A stretch of DNA of 32,325 nt from a virus (lineage: Duplodnaviria > Caudoviricetes), in IMG/VR virus record IMGVR_UViG_3300010149_000076, positions 1 to 32,325 of that record; one strand, written 5' to 3'. The notes beneath the pieces were generated by a model. The model worked only from the letters and a program-made list of their open reading frames with translations, did no database searches and was not told the origin of the DNA. Position numbers and translations under genes: made by a program. Each line of letters opens with the position of its first letter. The stretch's first letter is position 1. This document shows, piece after piece, positions 7,290 through 18,900 of this stretch.

Positions 7290-10200
7290 GCTAGTGCAAT
7301 TGCTCTTAGATCTTGGAATATTGGTGCATATGCCTCATTATCCCCACTCATAACTATTTTAATTGAGAATCCTGTAAAAGATTCTAAATTATCTGCTGTG
7401 AATTGATACTCTAAGAATTCATTTTGCACACTTGCTCTAGTTTGCACATCAGGTAATCCATCATTTAAGTATGTATCTATTACGGAATCGCCAATACCAT
7501 CACCGTCCGTATCTCTTAAATTATTATATCCTGGAAATAGTTCATATGTTTGTTCAACTTCACTTGAATCTGGTCTGATTAACTTATAAAGAACTCTAAA
7601 ATCACTAGAAGAGTTTCTATATGCAGTTAATAAAACTTTTAATGAAGATGCTGGTTTATCTAAATTAACTATATTGGAAATATATGTTGATGCATGAGGA
7701 TCATCTATATTTTGCTTAACCCTCGGGTCAGTAATATAATTAGTAACAGGCATATCCAATCTATTTCTAATGAATGCGAATGTTGCAGATTCTGTTAAAT
7801 CAATTACAGGTGACAAACTGGAATTGTTAGTTTCCATTCTTATACCAAGTGTTAATGATCTGCTTCTGGTTAATGTTGGTAGTTGATCAGTTTCATTTAT
7901 TCTTGAGCAAACTAGTCTTGGTGTGGAAAGTCTGTTTGGTTCATTTAAAGATACGCTTTCATATCCTTGATCAATAAATGATGCTTCATTTCCTCCTGCA
8001 CTTGTTCCGGAAACAGTTCTAAGTGTTGCAGAAACATTAGTATTTTCTGGATTGATATAATTGAAATATGGAATTATTTCATTAAATTGTATATTTTGTG
8101 TTGCTCTACAATTATTTCCACCAAAAGATCCAAAACTAGCAAAATTCAGCATATTAAAACCACTATTTTTATTAGCAGGTCTAACAAATTCAACATGATA
8201 CTTGTCAATTTCTCTAGCACTAACTAGAACTTGATCTGTTGGCATATCATGTGAATTATTAATTCTAGTTAATGAAACTCCATTAAGTTCATATTTTCTA
8301 ATAGAATCTCCATTTGAATGATTTCTAATAATTGACTCATTTTCTCCACGAGTGAGAAGCACAATGGATCCAACATTTACTCCACTGTAAGAAATAATTT
8401 CATCATTTACAATCACATATCCAGGATTACTTCCAGTAACAGGAGACCCTTCAAAGGTAGTGAAGTTTGAAGTATTTGCAATAGATATTGTAGTGTTTGT
8501 TGAGACAATGGCTGCCGATAAAGTTGTTGATGGAGTATCTGGTTGAATTCCACTAATATTTACTTTATTTGTATCGGAATGCATACCATGATTGTAATGA
8601 CTAACCTCTAACACATTTCCAGTGTTTAAATTGCTAGAAATTGCGGAAGATCTAACGATTGTTCCTGCCATAGCAACTAATGTGCTATCATTATAATATG
8701 ATACATCCTGATCTATTCCAAATGTTTCGCCCCGAACATTTGTTAAGTATAAAGTATCGATATTTGGAACATCGGTAACAACAATAGATGCATTTCTTCC
8801 AGAATTTCCAGATGAAGCAGTTGTAATACCTAACAAATCTCCATTTCTATAACCATTTCCAGTTGCTGCCATAGCAACACTATCAATCTGATTATTTGTG
8901 ACTGTAATATTTACAGTTGCTCCAAATCCTTTGCCATTGATTGTATAAAGAGGAACTCCATTATAAGATCCATTCGAATAACCAACACCAACATTACCTA
9001 TAGATACTGTGTTAATATTTCCACCTAAAGATTCGATAATTCCAGTATTTGAACCTTCTGCAACTTTGGTGCCTACAGTTAGGATATTTTGGAGAGCATA
9101 TGTTGTTGAAATACCAACATCTAACTTTCTTGGTAAAGTCTTTATTGGGTTATTGGAAAGTTTTGGAATATTTGTATCAATAGTAGCATACGTGCTTCCA
9201 ATAGAAATTGCTGGATTATGGAAGTATGCAGTTCCAGATGAAGATGCGAATTGTGCTTTATAAATTCTAAATTTTAAATCTTGAGAAATTACAGGTTGCC
9301 AAACAGATCCATTTTGAGGTTTAAATAAATTTCCTCCTGTATACTGATTAGAATAAATGACCTGATCTGCATCGGGATATGATTGAGTAGAAACCGTTGG
9401 TTGATTAGTCTCACCAATCCAAACTTCATAATCTTCAGAAGTTGGGCAGTATATTGTCAATGCATACTGTTTATTGGGTTGTACATATAATGGAGATGGT
9501 AAAGCAATCCTAGTAGGAACTGATCCATCAGTAGATGTTGTAATTTCTGATGGAAGAATACCAACTCTAGCATAATCTTGAATCAACTTATTCTTGGGTG
9601 TTCCACCAATATCAGTTTCTCTAATTTCAACAAACACTTTTTCGGTAGAATCTTTTTGTCCAAAATATAAATCAAGTTCAGTTATAAATCCACCAGTATT
9701 ATCTGATCTAAATGTTTGTGAAAGTGGATCTCTCCTCAAAGCATTCAATGGAAGTGCTTGTGGCGATTTTCTAACTACAATACTTTCTGTATAGGTCTCA
9801 GAACTTAAAATTCCAGATGAATAAAATGTTGCTTCTGTGAATTTAACGTTATTATTACTTGAGTTTGAACTGCTGGTAGACAATTTGAAGGTTTTGGTTC
9901 CATTCCTAAATGTAGTTGCAGGAACTGGAGATCTTAGGGGATTTTTGATGAATAAACATCCAATTAAATCACCAACAACATCAGTTGTAAGAGATTGAGC
10001 ATTTACTGTTGCCTGACCAGAACTTGTTTCTCCAATTAAAATCATTCCTTCAAAAACATAACCATAAAATCTTCCTTCAGAATCATCTGATAATGAAAAA
10101 GTATCGATATTAATTGTTGGAGTTGATGAGGAATATACAGTTGCTAAATCTAATGCTGGTGTATATGGATTCTTTTCATATACTGATGAAGGAGATGAAT

Positions 10201-13200
10201 ATGGACCAGTCTTATGATTTGCACTTGCTAATCTAAACGATGCTACCTTAACACCATCATTATATCCATATACAGTCTCTCCTGCTAGGAAAGATCCACT
10301 AGACATAGTGACTTGCAGTAATTTTGGTATGACATCAATATTTGAATTGCCGCCAAAGAAAGCATAATGATTTGTTGATGGTTGCAAAGCAGAAGCAGTA
10401 AACTCAATATTTCTAGATCTTAGTTTATCTGATGATCTAGAACTAGTTAATAAATTTGCAATGTATGAATTTGACCAATCACTTTGAGTTTTGACAATAT
10501 TACCAGATCTGACATTGAGAGTTTTTACCCAAGTATCTGATGAAGGTCTTAACTTAATATTTCCATTATAATTTTCTACACCAAATGGATTAACTTGCTG
10601 ACTCTGAGTTGCAAAAGTTTGTTGTATATCAGTCCATAAAGTTGAAGAATAATTTAATGTAACTAGATCGCCAGTTTTTTTGACATTTGGATCAGTTAAA
10701 GTAAAATTAGATGAAAAGTCCAGAGTATCAGTGTTTTCAGTAGTGGTTGGTGCTAACTGAGATTTTAATGAAGAGAATGAAATGTCGGAACGCAATTCAT
10801 CAGATGCTAAATCTACTGTTGTATTTGCATCTGGATTATCAATATCAATAAATGTGGTTCCCTTAAAATTATCTACAAAGAATCCAGATTTAAACCTGGA
10901 TAAACCATCTACATCTTGTATTTGTAGTGACTGAGTGCTTAATTCTAATAATGTTAGAGATGTTACTTTTTCAACATTTTCTAATCGATCTTCAATATTA
11001 CGAAGATCACGCATGGTATAACGCTTATTATTAGTAAGTTTTATTTTTACATCGTCAGGATTATATAAGTATGCTGGCAACTCAAGAGTTGCTAATTCCA
11101 TTGATTCGTCAATTTTACCGGGTTTTACTGGTGAGGCAGATGAAACTCCTTCAATATGATTAATAGTGCCACTCTTATTCAATACAATTTTATCTATTCT
11201 AGGCAGGTAATATGAATAACCAATTATAGAACTTTCATTTGGTGCAACAACTAATGTTGAATTAGATCCTACTGATCCAAAATCTCTACTAGAGAATGCA
11301 AATGGCGAAGCATTAGTTGCCGAGAAAGGTGAAACTCTTGGTCTAAAATCTAAAGTATCTGTTGCTCGAACTCCACCCTTAAGTTTTGGAATATCTGATA
11401 CATACCTCTCATTATTATAACTATTAACACTAAAGACATCTCCACTATCACTAGTAGGAACCTTATAATAATCAAAAATGATCATTAATCTTTTAGATGG
11501 AATGAATGCATCTGATTTTCTAATAATTCTAGAATAATCGCAATATTGTTCTCTATGTCCTTTATCCAAATTATAATCGTCAGTTTTATTAGTATAATTT
11601 CCATTACCAATAGATAATACTGCAGATCTTATACCAGAGTCTTCAAAAGAAACAGTTTCATTTGGAGCAAACTTTTCAGAATTTAAATAAACAAACTCAA
11701 TTTGGGATGCAGATGTTTTAGTGACAATTTGACCAACAGCACCACTACTCTGCCCAATAACTTTTTCACCGAGAATTGCAGTATTATTTAAATTTAATCC
11801 TGCAGAAAAATTGAGATTATCTAATACAACACTAGCATCATCTAGTGACTCATATATAGCGATGATTTTACAAACATCAGGTAAATTTAGCGAAATCTCA
11901 CTATCTTCAACACGAAGACCATGATAAGCGTTATATGTTAAACCATTGGTGCTAGTGCTAACACCAGAATTTGTATTCGAAACTTCTATTTTCTCACTCT
12001 TAATATAATTTTTTTGTTTATTAACAATACCAACTTTTTTGACTATAGTATTCACTAAAACATTATTTTGATTTGGAATTAATCCGTTAATAGTCACATC
12101 TTGAGAATTTGCTGATACTACAACCTGATCGGATGATAGATTTGCGGATGTTCCATTGCTATAAAAAACAGCATATCTATCTTGAGCATATGGTTCAAAG
12201 AAACAACTAGTAATACCAACATCAGTTCGATCAACTGTTAAACTTCCATTATTATCTGTCGATTTACCATTTGCTTGTCTCTGAACTAACAGATTTGATC
12301 CAGTAAATGATACATTAGATACATTTTTAGAATTTATCTCAGAATATAAATGTGATTTATCTGAATTTCTAATATCTGGAGTGATAATTTTGAAGTTATA
12401 AGTTCCACTTACAACACCATTTAATGCTACGCCTTGCACAGCAGTTGTGCTCGCCAAATTAATAGATAAAGTGTTAGTTGAAATACCCGATACTCTATTT
12501 AATGTTGGATATTCATTACCAGGAATTTGATATTTAATTATAGTATCAGTCGTAATGCCAGAAAAATTTCTGCCAGCAACTGTGGCAATACCAGATTGAT
12601 TTGATGATGCACTAATCGTTAAGGAATCGGAAATACTAAAATTCTTAGGAATTGTTTCTATACCGATAGTATCACCACTAAAATTAACTGCTAATCCATT
12701 TCCGCCACCAGTAGATTGAAATACTGATTTAATATCTTTGGGTCCAAAAACTTTAATAGATGTAATTGATCTGCTAAATGAATCTACAAATTCTACACCA
12801 TTTAAACTGGAAACCTCAATTTCTTCACTAGTTGCAAAAGATCCAGAAGTTTGTGAAATAGTGATAACTGATCCATTTTTTGAATGAACATAACCAGTCG
12901 CACCACTTTGCTTACCCCTCACAATAGAATCTACTGGTACATCATTAGCATTTGATACTGAAGATGTTAATTGTAATTCTGTAAAAGTTTGAATATCATA
13001 AAGATAAAGATTCCATTCATTTTGTTGAGTAAACTCATTTGCATCTGAAAGAGAGAATGAATAAACTCTTGCAACACCAACTTGTGTTCCAGTTCCTGAA
13101 GTATTATTTTCTTTTCTTTGACTAAAAAGATTTACTGAAAAATTATTATTAATTCCAATACTAGGTGTTCCTTCAACATTATTGAGTTTAACTTTATTTC

Positions 13201-14380
13201 CCATTTCAAATGGGATTAATGCAGTAGGTATACTTTCAGTTGCTCTTGGTTTTCTAACATCTAAAATAGAAGATGAAGTTTTTTCAATATCAAAACCACG
13301 AACATATGCCTTTCCTGGAGAAACTTTAACTGCTAATAAATTTTCTTCTGGTACATTTCCTTGTTCTGTAACTTGATTTGAAAAGTATACACCATCAGAT
13401 CCTAATCTATCATTAAGACAATTATCAATCTCAATATTGAACTGATCTACTGCATAATCACCAGATTCTTCGAAAGTTCTTTTAGCAAGGTAATCTCTAA
13501 CTTGAGAATATGTACTACTATCTTGAATTTTTTTAACAACACCATCATTTACTCTGAGAAGTTCAACAAAATCCTTATCATCAGTATCAGTTAATCTTTT
13601 TTTAGATAATTTTGCTGTAATTTTTAGTCTATCTGCACCGGGAGCAGCATAGTTTGAAAATCCTCTAGCATTATCATATAATGAGTTATCTTCCTGTGCA
13701 TCAATTATACTTTCACTAATAGATAGACCAACTCTATAAGAAGGTGCATTTGAGTATTGATCTAAAATTAATGTATCTGCAGAAATATTGAGAAAATGTC
13801 CTCTTATAAAATAAGTTCCATCTAAAATTGAAACTGAAGATGCAGTAAATGTCGATTCTGAATTGATTGTGCTACCAAAAGTATCCCCGGAAGGTATTGT
13901 TGTATTTCCGTAAGTTAAATTATCTAAGACAACCAGAGTTTCTGCATCTCTAAATTGACTGATATTAAAACTGGAGTCAGCACTAACGTATTTTACGTAT
14001 AAAGTATAATCACCAGTATCTGATTCATTATTTTTTAATACTTTTTGAACAACTGCAGTTAACTGTGAGATCTGCCCCTTTATTCTTTTACCAACTAATT
14101 GATCAATATATAACCCAACACTTAGTCCAACATGAGTTGGATTAATTTTTACTGCATAATATGATGGATTGTATGTAATATTACCTGGTATTACAATAGA
14201 TCCATCTTTAAAAAAGTGGTTTCCAAAAGTGCTAACTTGATTTTGTAAACTACTCTGAAGAGATGTCAGTTCCCTTGACTGAACTGGATATCCTGGTTTG
14301 AAAAGGATCCTATAAAAATTATTATTTGGATCAAAATCATCAAAATATGGGGAAACATTTAAGTTTGATTTTTGTGACAT
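7286..14380 (-). CDS. Large virion structural protein, VrlC / DUF4815-like
   Basis: 2364 aa. N-terminal NLNVSPYFDDFD...YRILFKPGYPVQSRELTSLQS, NYAAPGADRLKI, LAKRTFEESGDY, YYLPRIDK, NKRYTMRDLRNIEDRLENVE, RFKSGFFVDNF, DPLSQTF and C-terminal DLRAIALA. It follows gp8. Confidence 0.9.
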   Translation of the reverse strand: MSQKSNLNVSPYFDDFDPNNNFYRILFKPGYPVQSRELTSLQSSLQNQVSTFGNHFFKDGSIVIPGNITYNPSYYAVKINPTHVGLSVGLYIDQLVGKRIKGQISQLTAVVQKVLKNNESDTGDYTLYVKYVSADSSFNISQFRDAETLVVLDNLTYGNTTIPSGDTFGSTINSESTFTASSVSILDGTYFIRGHFLNISADTLILDQYSNAPSYRVGLSISESIIDAQEDNSLYDNARGFSNYAAPGADRLKITAKLSKKRLTDTDDKDFVELLRVNDGVVKKIQDSSTYSQVRDYLAKRTFEESGDYAVDQFNIEIDNCLNDRLGSDGVYFSNQVTEQGNVPEENLLAVKVSPGKAYVRGFDIEKTSSSILDVRKPRATESIPTALIPFEMGNKVKLNNVEGTPSIGINNNFSVNLFSQRKENNTSGTGTQVGVARVYSFSLSDANEFTQQNEWNLYLYDIQTFTELQLTSSVSNANDVPVDSIVRGKQSGATGYVHSKNGSVITISQTSGSFATSEEIEVSSLNGVEFVDSFSRSITSIKVFGPKDIKSVFQSTGGGNGLAVNFSGDTIGIETIPKNFSISDSLTISASSNQSGIATVAGRNFSGITTDTIIKYQIPGNEYPTLNRVSGISTNTLSINLASTTAVQGVALNGVVSGTYNFKIITPDIRNSDKSHLYSEINSKNVSNVSFTGSNLLVQRQANGKSTDNNGSLTVDRTDVGITSCFFEPYAQDRYAVFYSNGTSANLSSDQVVVSANSQDVTINGLIPNQNNVLVNTIVKKVGIVNKQKNYIKSEKIEVSNTNSGVSTSTNGLTYNAYHGLRVEDSEISLNLPDVCKIIAIYESLDDASVVLDNLNFSAGLNLNNTAILGEKVIGQSSGAVGQIVTKTSASQIEFVYLNSEKFAPNETVSFEDSGIRSAVLSIGNGNYTNKTDDYNLDKGHREQYCDYSRIIRKSDAFIPSKRLMIIFDYYKVPTSDSGDVFSVNSYNNERYVSDIPKLKGGVRATDTLDFRPRVSPFSATNASPFAFSSRDFGSVGSNSTLVVAPNESSIIGYSYYLPRIDKIVLNKSGTINHIEGVSSASPVKPGKIDESMELATLELPAYLYNPDDVKIKLTNNKRYTMRDLRNIEDRLENVEKVTSLTLLELSTQSLQIQDVDGLSRFKSGFFVDNFKGTTFIDIDNPDANTTVDLASDELRSDISFSSLKSQLAPTTTENTDTLDFSSNFTLTDPNVKKTGDLVTLNYSSTLWTDIQQTFATQSQQVNPFGVENYNGNIKLRPSSDTWVKTLNVRSGNIVKTQSDWSNSYIANLLTSSRSSDKLRSRNIEFTASALQPSTNHYAFFGGNSNIDVIPKLLQVTMSSGSFLAGETVYGYNDGVKVASFRLASANHKTGPYSSPSSVYEKNPYTPALDLATVYSSSTPTINIDTFSLSDDSEGRFYGYVFEGMILIGETSSGQATVNAQSLTTDVVGDLIGCLFIKNPLRSPVPATTFRNGTKTFKLSTSSSNSSNNNVKFTEATFYSSGILSSETYTESIVVRKSPQALPLNALRRDPLSQTFRSDNTGGFITELDLYFGQKDSTEKVFVEIRETDIGGTPKNKLIQDYARVGILPSEITTSTDGSVPTRIALPSPLYVQPNKQYALTIYCPTSEDYEVWIGETNQPTVSTQSYPDADQVIYSNQYTGGNLFKPQNGSVWQPVISQDLKFRIYKAQFASSSGTAYFHNPAISIGSTYATIDTNIPKLSNNPIKTLPRKLDVGISTTYALQNILTVGTKVAEGSNTGIIESLGGNINTVSIGNVGVGYSNGSYNGVPLYTINGKGFGATVNITVTNNQIDSVAMAATGNGYRNGDLLGITTASSGNSGRNASIVVTDVPNIDTLYLTNVRGETFGIDQDVSYYNDSTLVAMAGTIVRSSAISSNLNTGNVLEVSHYNHGMHSDTNKVNISGIQPDTPSTTLSAAIVSTNTTISIANTSNFTTFEGSPVTGSNPGYVIVNDEIISYSGVNVGSIVLLTRGENESIIRNHSNGDSIRKYELNGVSLTRINNSHDMPTDQVLVSAREIDKYHVEFVRPANKNSGFNMLNFASFGSFGGNNCRATQNIQFNEIIPYFNYINPENTNVSATLRTVSGTSAGGNEASFIDQGYESVSLNEPNRLSTPRLVCSRINETDQLPTLTRSRSLTLGIRMETNNSSLSPVIDLTESATFAFIRNRLDMPVTNYITDPRVKQNIDDPHASTYISNIVNLDKPASSLKVLLTAYRNSSSDFRVLYKLIRPDSSEVEQTYELFPGYNNLRDTDGDGIGDSVIDTYLNDGLPDVQTRASVQNEFLEYQFTADNLESFTGFSIKIVMSGDNEAYAPIFQDLRAIALA

Positions 14381-14382
14381 CT

Positions 14383-15939
14383 TTAGAATTCCAGTATGAT
14401 TTTAATATCTTCTTTTTGTCTTTGGTTTCGATTTACCCGAGGTCTATTATCAATGTAAATAATATCCCCTGATCCTTTATTTATCTCAGGTAGAGAGATG
14501 CCATTTGTAAACTGAGTTGCTAAGTTAACATTTTTTGTTGATGAGATGGAAGTTGTTATTCCAGTGAAGTTTTGATCAATTGTTCCACTAAAACTATTAT
14601 TTGACGTTATAGTTCCACCATTTTTTATAAAGGAAACTTTTTTTGCTTCAGATACAATGGTTTTAGAATCTTTTTGATCTAAAGATCCTGGATTAAAATA
14701 TAAAGATCTATCTTGGAAATACTTTAGAACTTTAGTTTGTTCATCATATGATGCCATATATCCTGTTGCAGTTCCAACTCCAATTACTGACTGATAAATT
14801 CTATTCCCCGGAGCAGCATCTTCTGGGTTTGAAACAGATGATAATTTAAATCCACCTAAATTAGAAAATTGACTTTCTTGAAAAATTGAAGACGCTGATC
14901 CAATTCTTGCTGGATTTTTAATAATACCAATTTGAGAAAATCTAGTATCTATTGGAAAATCTTTTGTTGAAGAATCAAATCTCGAATAAACAAGAACTCG
15001 ATCAGTTCCTAATTCATTGTAAATATCATAACCATGGCCTCTTGATGGGGGAATGATTGGTATTAGGTGTGCAAACCCAGTTGCTCCAGAATTTATTGTT
15101 GATAAATCAACTCTTCCATATGAATATCCACTTCCTCCCGCAGATACAGTTGCTGAAACTATTTTTCCACCAACAACATTTACAACTGCTTTTCCACCTA
15201 CACCATCACCAAGAATGTCTAATTCTGCATCAGTTGTATTATATCCAGAACCTTCAGATTGAACATATATTTTTTTAATCTGATTTTCATTAATTGTTGA
15301 GTCTCCATTATCTCTTACAGATACTATTTGAGAATCTGCAGTAGTATCCCAATTATTTGGAATTGGAATATATTCGATAGAATCAAATTTTATAATATCG
15401 CTAGGAGATACCGTAAAAAGATATTTCCAAATATAACCATCTCCACTTTCACCCGCCCTAGAAGGTTCTAAATCAACAAAAGTAGGTTCATCCTGCGAAA
15501 AATTGCCCCCAATATTAGTTCCCGATGCTCCATTATCAATACAAACATATACACGAAAATCGCTGTTCATTACATAATAATTTGCATCGTATAATCTTGT
15601 AGAATTTGTTTGTGGTGAAGGATTTGAAACACTATAATCATGTCTATACATTTCATATACAGTCCCTTGCGACCAATCAACTCTTCTAACTAATCTCCTG
15701 ATATCATTAGTAGTAATTCTCTTACCAAAAATCATTGTATCTTTTACATGATTTAAATATGTAAAATTGTCAATAGGTGATGGAGTATTAGTATCCCAAG
15801 TAGTCGACCTACCAAATCCAACTGCTGTAGGATTCACCAAGCTTAAGAAAACATAGAATGAATTATCAGTATTACTGACAGAACCCACAAAGTTAGATGC
15901 GTTTAAAATTCTAAATTGATCTGTGACAATCGCAGACAT
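14383..15939 (-). CDS. gp8: Baseplate wedge subunit (T4 gp8-like)
   Basis: MSAIVTDQFRILNASNF, YYVMNSDFRVYVCIDN, DGYIWKYLFTV and C-terminal GSGDIIYIDNRPRVNRNQRQKEDIKIILEF. Confidence 0.93.
   Translation of the reverse strand: MSAIVTDQFRILNASNFVGSVSNTDNSFYVFLSLVNPTAVGFGRSTTWDTNTPSPIDNFTYLNHVKDTMIFGKRITTNDIRRLVRRVDWSQGTVYEMYRHDYSVSNPSPQTNSTRLYDANYYVMNSDFRVYVCIDNGASGTNIGGNFSQDEPTFVDLEPSRAGESGDGYIWKYLFTVSPSDIIKFDSIEYIPIPNNWDTTADSQIVSVRDNGDSTINENQIKKIYVQSEGSGYNTTDAELDILGDGVGGKAVVNVVGGKIVSATVSAGGSGYSYGRVDLSTINSGATGFAHLIPIIPPSRGHGYDIYNELGTDRVLVYSRFDSSTKDFPIDTRFSQIGIIKNPARIGSASSIFQESQFSNLGGFKLSSVSNPEDAAPGNRIYQSVIGVGTATGYMASYDEQTKVLKYFQDRSLYFNPGSLDQKDSKTIVSEAKKVSFIKNGGTITSNNSFSGTIDQNFTGITTSISSTKNVNLATQFTNGISLPEINKGSGDIIYIDNRPRVNRNQRQKEDIKIILEF
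14478..14485 (-). promoter_or_regulatory. Putative late promoter GATAAATA inside gp8, upstream of the VrlC-like gene
   Basis: Plus strand TATTTATC at 14478-14485 (EINK codons), about 100 nt before the ATG at 14380. Confidence 0.55.
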
Positions 15940-15957
15940 ATTACTAACGTTTTTATA

Positions 15958-15965
15958 TATTTATA
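15958..15965 (-). promoter_or_regulatory. T4-type late promoter TATAAATA
   Basis: Exact consensus in the 31-nt gap between the gp7-like gene and gp8, about 19 nt upstream of the gp8 ATG. Confidence 0.85.
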
Positions 15966-15970
15966 AATGA

Positions 15971-18900
15971 TTATCCAAGATCCTTTCTTAGAGATCCATT
16001 ATCTCTAAGCCCAAATCCTCTTCTTTGGAGAACCGGGAAGGATGATAAACCAGAATTAACAGTAAATCCAGAAACTGCAACACCGATTGCTCCAGTTCCT
16101 CTTTCAAATCCTGCAAGTCTACCCCAAGAGAATGATCCACAAGGGTTAGATCTTGATCCGGTAGTTGTTGCTATACTAATATTATCTGTTGATGATAAAA
16201 TATTCGCAGTAATAATACCAGTTAAATTGGATCTTGTGAATGAATGTACATAGTATATATTATCGATAAATGCTGTTCCTACACCAACAATATCATTGTC
16301 ATTACCATCAATTGATGTTACACCGGCACCAACTGTTGTATTTGAAATTAGTATTGGGAATCCAACTTCTAATGAGTTGATATTATCAGTTTGTTCAAAT
16401 TCTAAATCAAATCTAATTGCTTTATCTACTCCAATTCCACTAGCAGTTGATATGCCAGTTATAATTCCACTATAACCAGATACAAATCTGATACCAGAAA
16501 TAAGTTCTTTATTCGTATTTGGTAATTTTGTGATTATTGCTGGAGTTGCAGTAGTTGTATAACCAGATCCTGGATTAGTTACTGTGACTGAGGCAATAGT
16601 GCCAGCAGCAGAAACAATAGTGGTTGCAACTGCTTTCTCTTGATCTTGATATAAACCAAAATCAAATGTTCTGGTAATTGATGTAGTATTGCCTGTAGAT
16701 TTGTTTAGTTCAATTTCGCCATTATTAAAGGTTTTTATACCAACAACAGTAAATGTGCTGTCTATAATTTCCAAACTACCAACAAATGCTTTATTCAGTG
16801 AATGACCAACTCTAATTTGTGAGGTATTAATCCCAGTAATAGCAGTTGATCCAATACCAATAGTTCCAACTCTTTCCGCAATTTCTGTTTTAAATACTGT
16901 GCCTATTCCGCCGATGGGTGGTGCAATCTGAACAGCAATTGATGAAGATGGAATATAACCACTACCACCAGAAATAACTTTAACTTCTGATATAGTTCCT
17001 GCAACAGAAACTACTGATGTAAATGCTGCCCCAATGGGACTTACTAAATCTGGCAATAGTAGGGCAGAGGTTTCTCTAATTTGAATTTCGGAATTATTTT
17101 CTTCGTAATTAAAGAATTGGGCATCATCCACAAAAATCTCAGTATCAATGGGATTAAAGTTCTTTATCAACTTTGCAGTAGGATAAACTTGCCCTTCAAG
17201 AGAATCTCTCGCCTTTGTTTGCGCGTTATCATTAATTAATAGATCTCTTTTCTGTTTAGTCCATGAAACTGGTTTATCATTGGTTTCATCTATGCCATCA
17301 CCAAGATATATGCCAGTTTCAACAGTATCTGCAGATATGATTGTAGATACAATTCTCTTATCCTGTGTTACAGTCCCTGTAATTGAATCATTTTTATAAA
17401 TTTGAAGGTCATCACCAGGTTTAATAGTCTCATCAACATCAATTTCAACACTATCATCTCCACGAGTTCCTCTATAGAAGAATACATCAACTTTATCTTC
17501 TTTTTTGGGCGGTTCTCTAAAGATAAAGGTTGTTCCACCTTCAAATATGTAAGAAACATTAGGTTCTTGCATAACACCATTAATATAAATTAGTAAAATT
17601 GAATTAAAGTCAATTAATGAGGATGTAGTATCACTGTTATTTTTTTCAAAACTCAATAATTGTCCATTCTTAAATAATGGGAATCTAGTTCTGATACTAT
17701 CTTGTCTAGATGCATTGCTATCGATGTAATCGAATTCTCCAAGTTGCCATGATGCAAAAGAATCATTAAATACCTCTTCAACTGTAAAGAAAATTTCTTC
17801 TATTGGTGACGATAGTCCTGCAGCAGTCACTAAACCAACGGGTTTTAAAACATCTCCCCTACGGAATGCATATCCAGTTTTAGAAACATAGTATTTTTCA
17901 ACTTCAAAATATGAAGTACCAATACCAACTGATGATGGCCCCATTTCAAAGGTTATTGACATTCCAATACCAACATCAGTTGTATTACCCATACCCAATC
18001 TAGAAACACCCATCATAGATAAATTTTCATAAGATGGACTATCAACAGTTACGAGAGGATTCACATATCCACTTCCACCATCAATAATATTAAATGCTAA
18101 TGTGCCACCTGCTCCAACAGTTGCTGTGATATTTGCTCCAGTTCCTGCGCCACCACCAGCACCAATATTGACGGAAATTGTATTTTCATTTAGTGAAGTA
18201 ACTGCAGTTTGAATTCCAACAACAGGATCAGTTGATCTTGGATATAATTGTTCTGTTCTAAATCCATCACTAGAACACTTGAAGGTTAGAGATTCTCTTG
18301 CAATTTGAACAGTATCACTATTTGTCAATCCGTGGTTTGGTATCGTTAATAGTAAAGTGCCACTATAAGATGTATATTTTGCATTGGTTGGTGTTCTACT
18401 GATACCAGCAACAATAGAATTTGCAATCGCACTTACAAATGTATGTGCATATTGTTGTCCAACAGGAGATGGACCAACATTAACAGTAATCGTGTTTGCA
18501 GTTGTTGCAATAATATTCAATACTGCACCAAATGCAGCATCTGTGCTACGCGGATAAGTATGATTAGAACCATTACTGTCTAATGTACATGTAAATGTTA
18601 ATGAATTGCCACCAATAGTAATAACATTATCTGTTGTTAATGTATGAGAACCTATAGTAAGTCTTAAAGTGCCGGTAGTTTGATTATAAATCGCATTAGA
18701 TGCTGTAAATACTCCTTTAGAATTGTCAGCAATTGAATTTGACGAAGATCTAATAAACCTATGCACATATGAAAGATCGGTAACAGCAACTCCAACAGTT
18801 TCACCATAATATCCAGAACCAAAAGTTAAGTTGGTAAAGTATTCTCTAACTGATCCACCAGTTTCATATGTGTGTGGAATAGTGCTAGTTCCAACGTTAA

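Noticed and set aside
15940-15970. Rho-independent terminators in intergenic gaps
   Set aside because: No GC-rich stem followed by a U-tract was found in this or the other short gaps.
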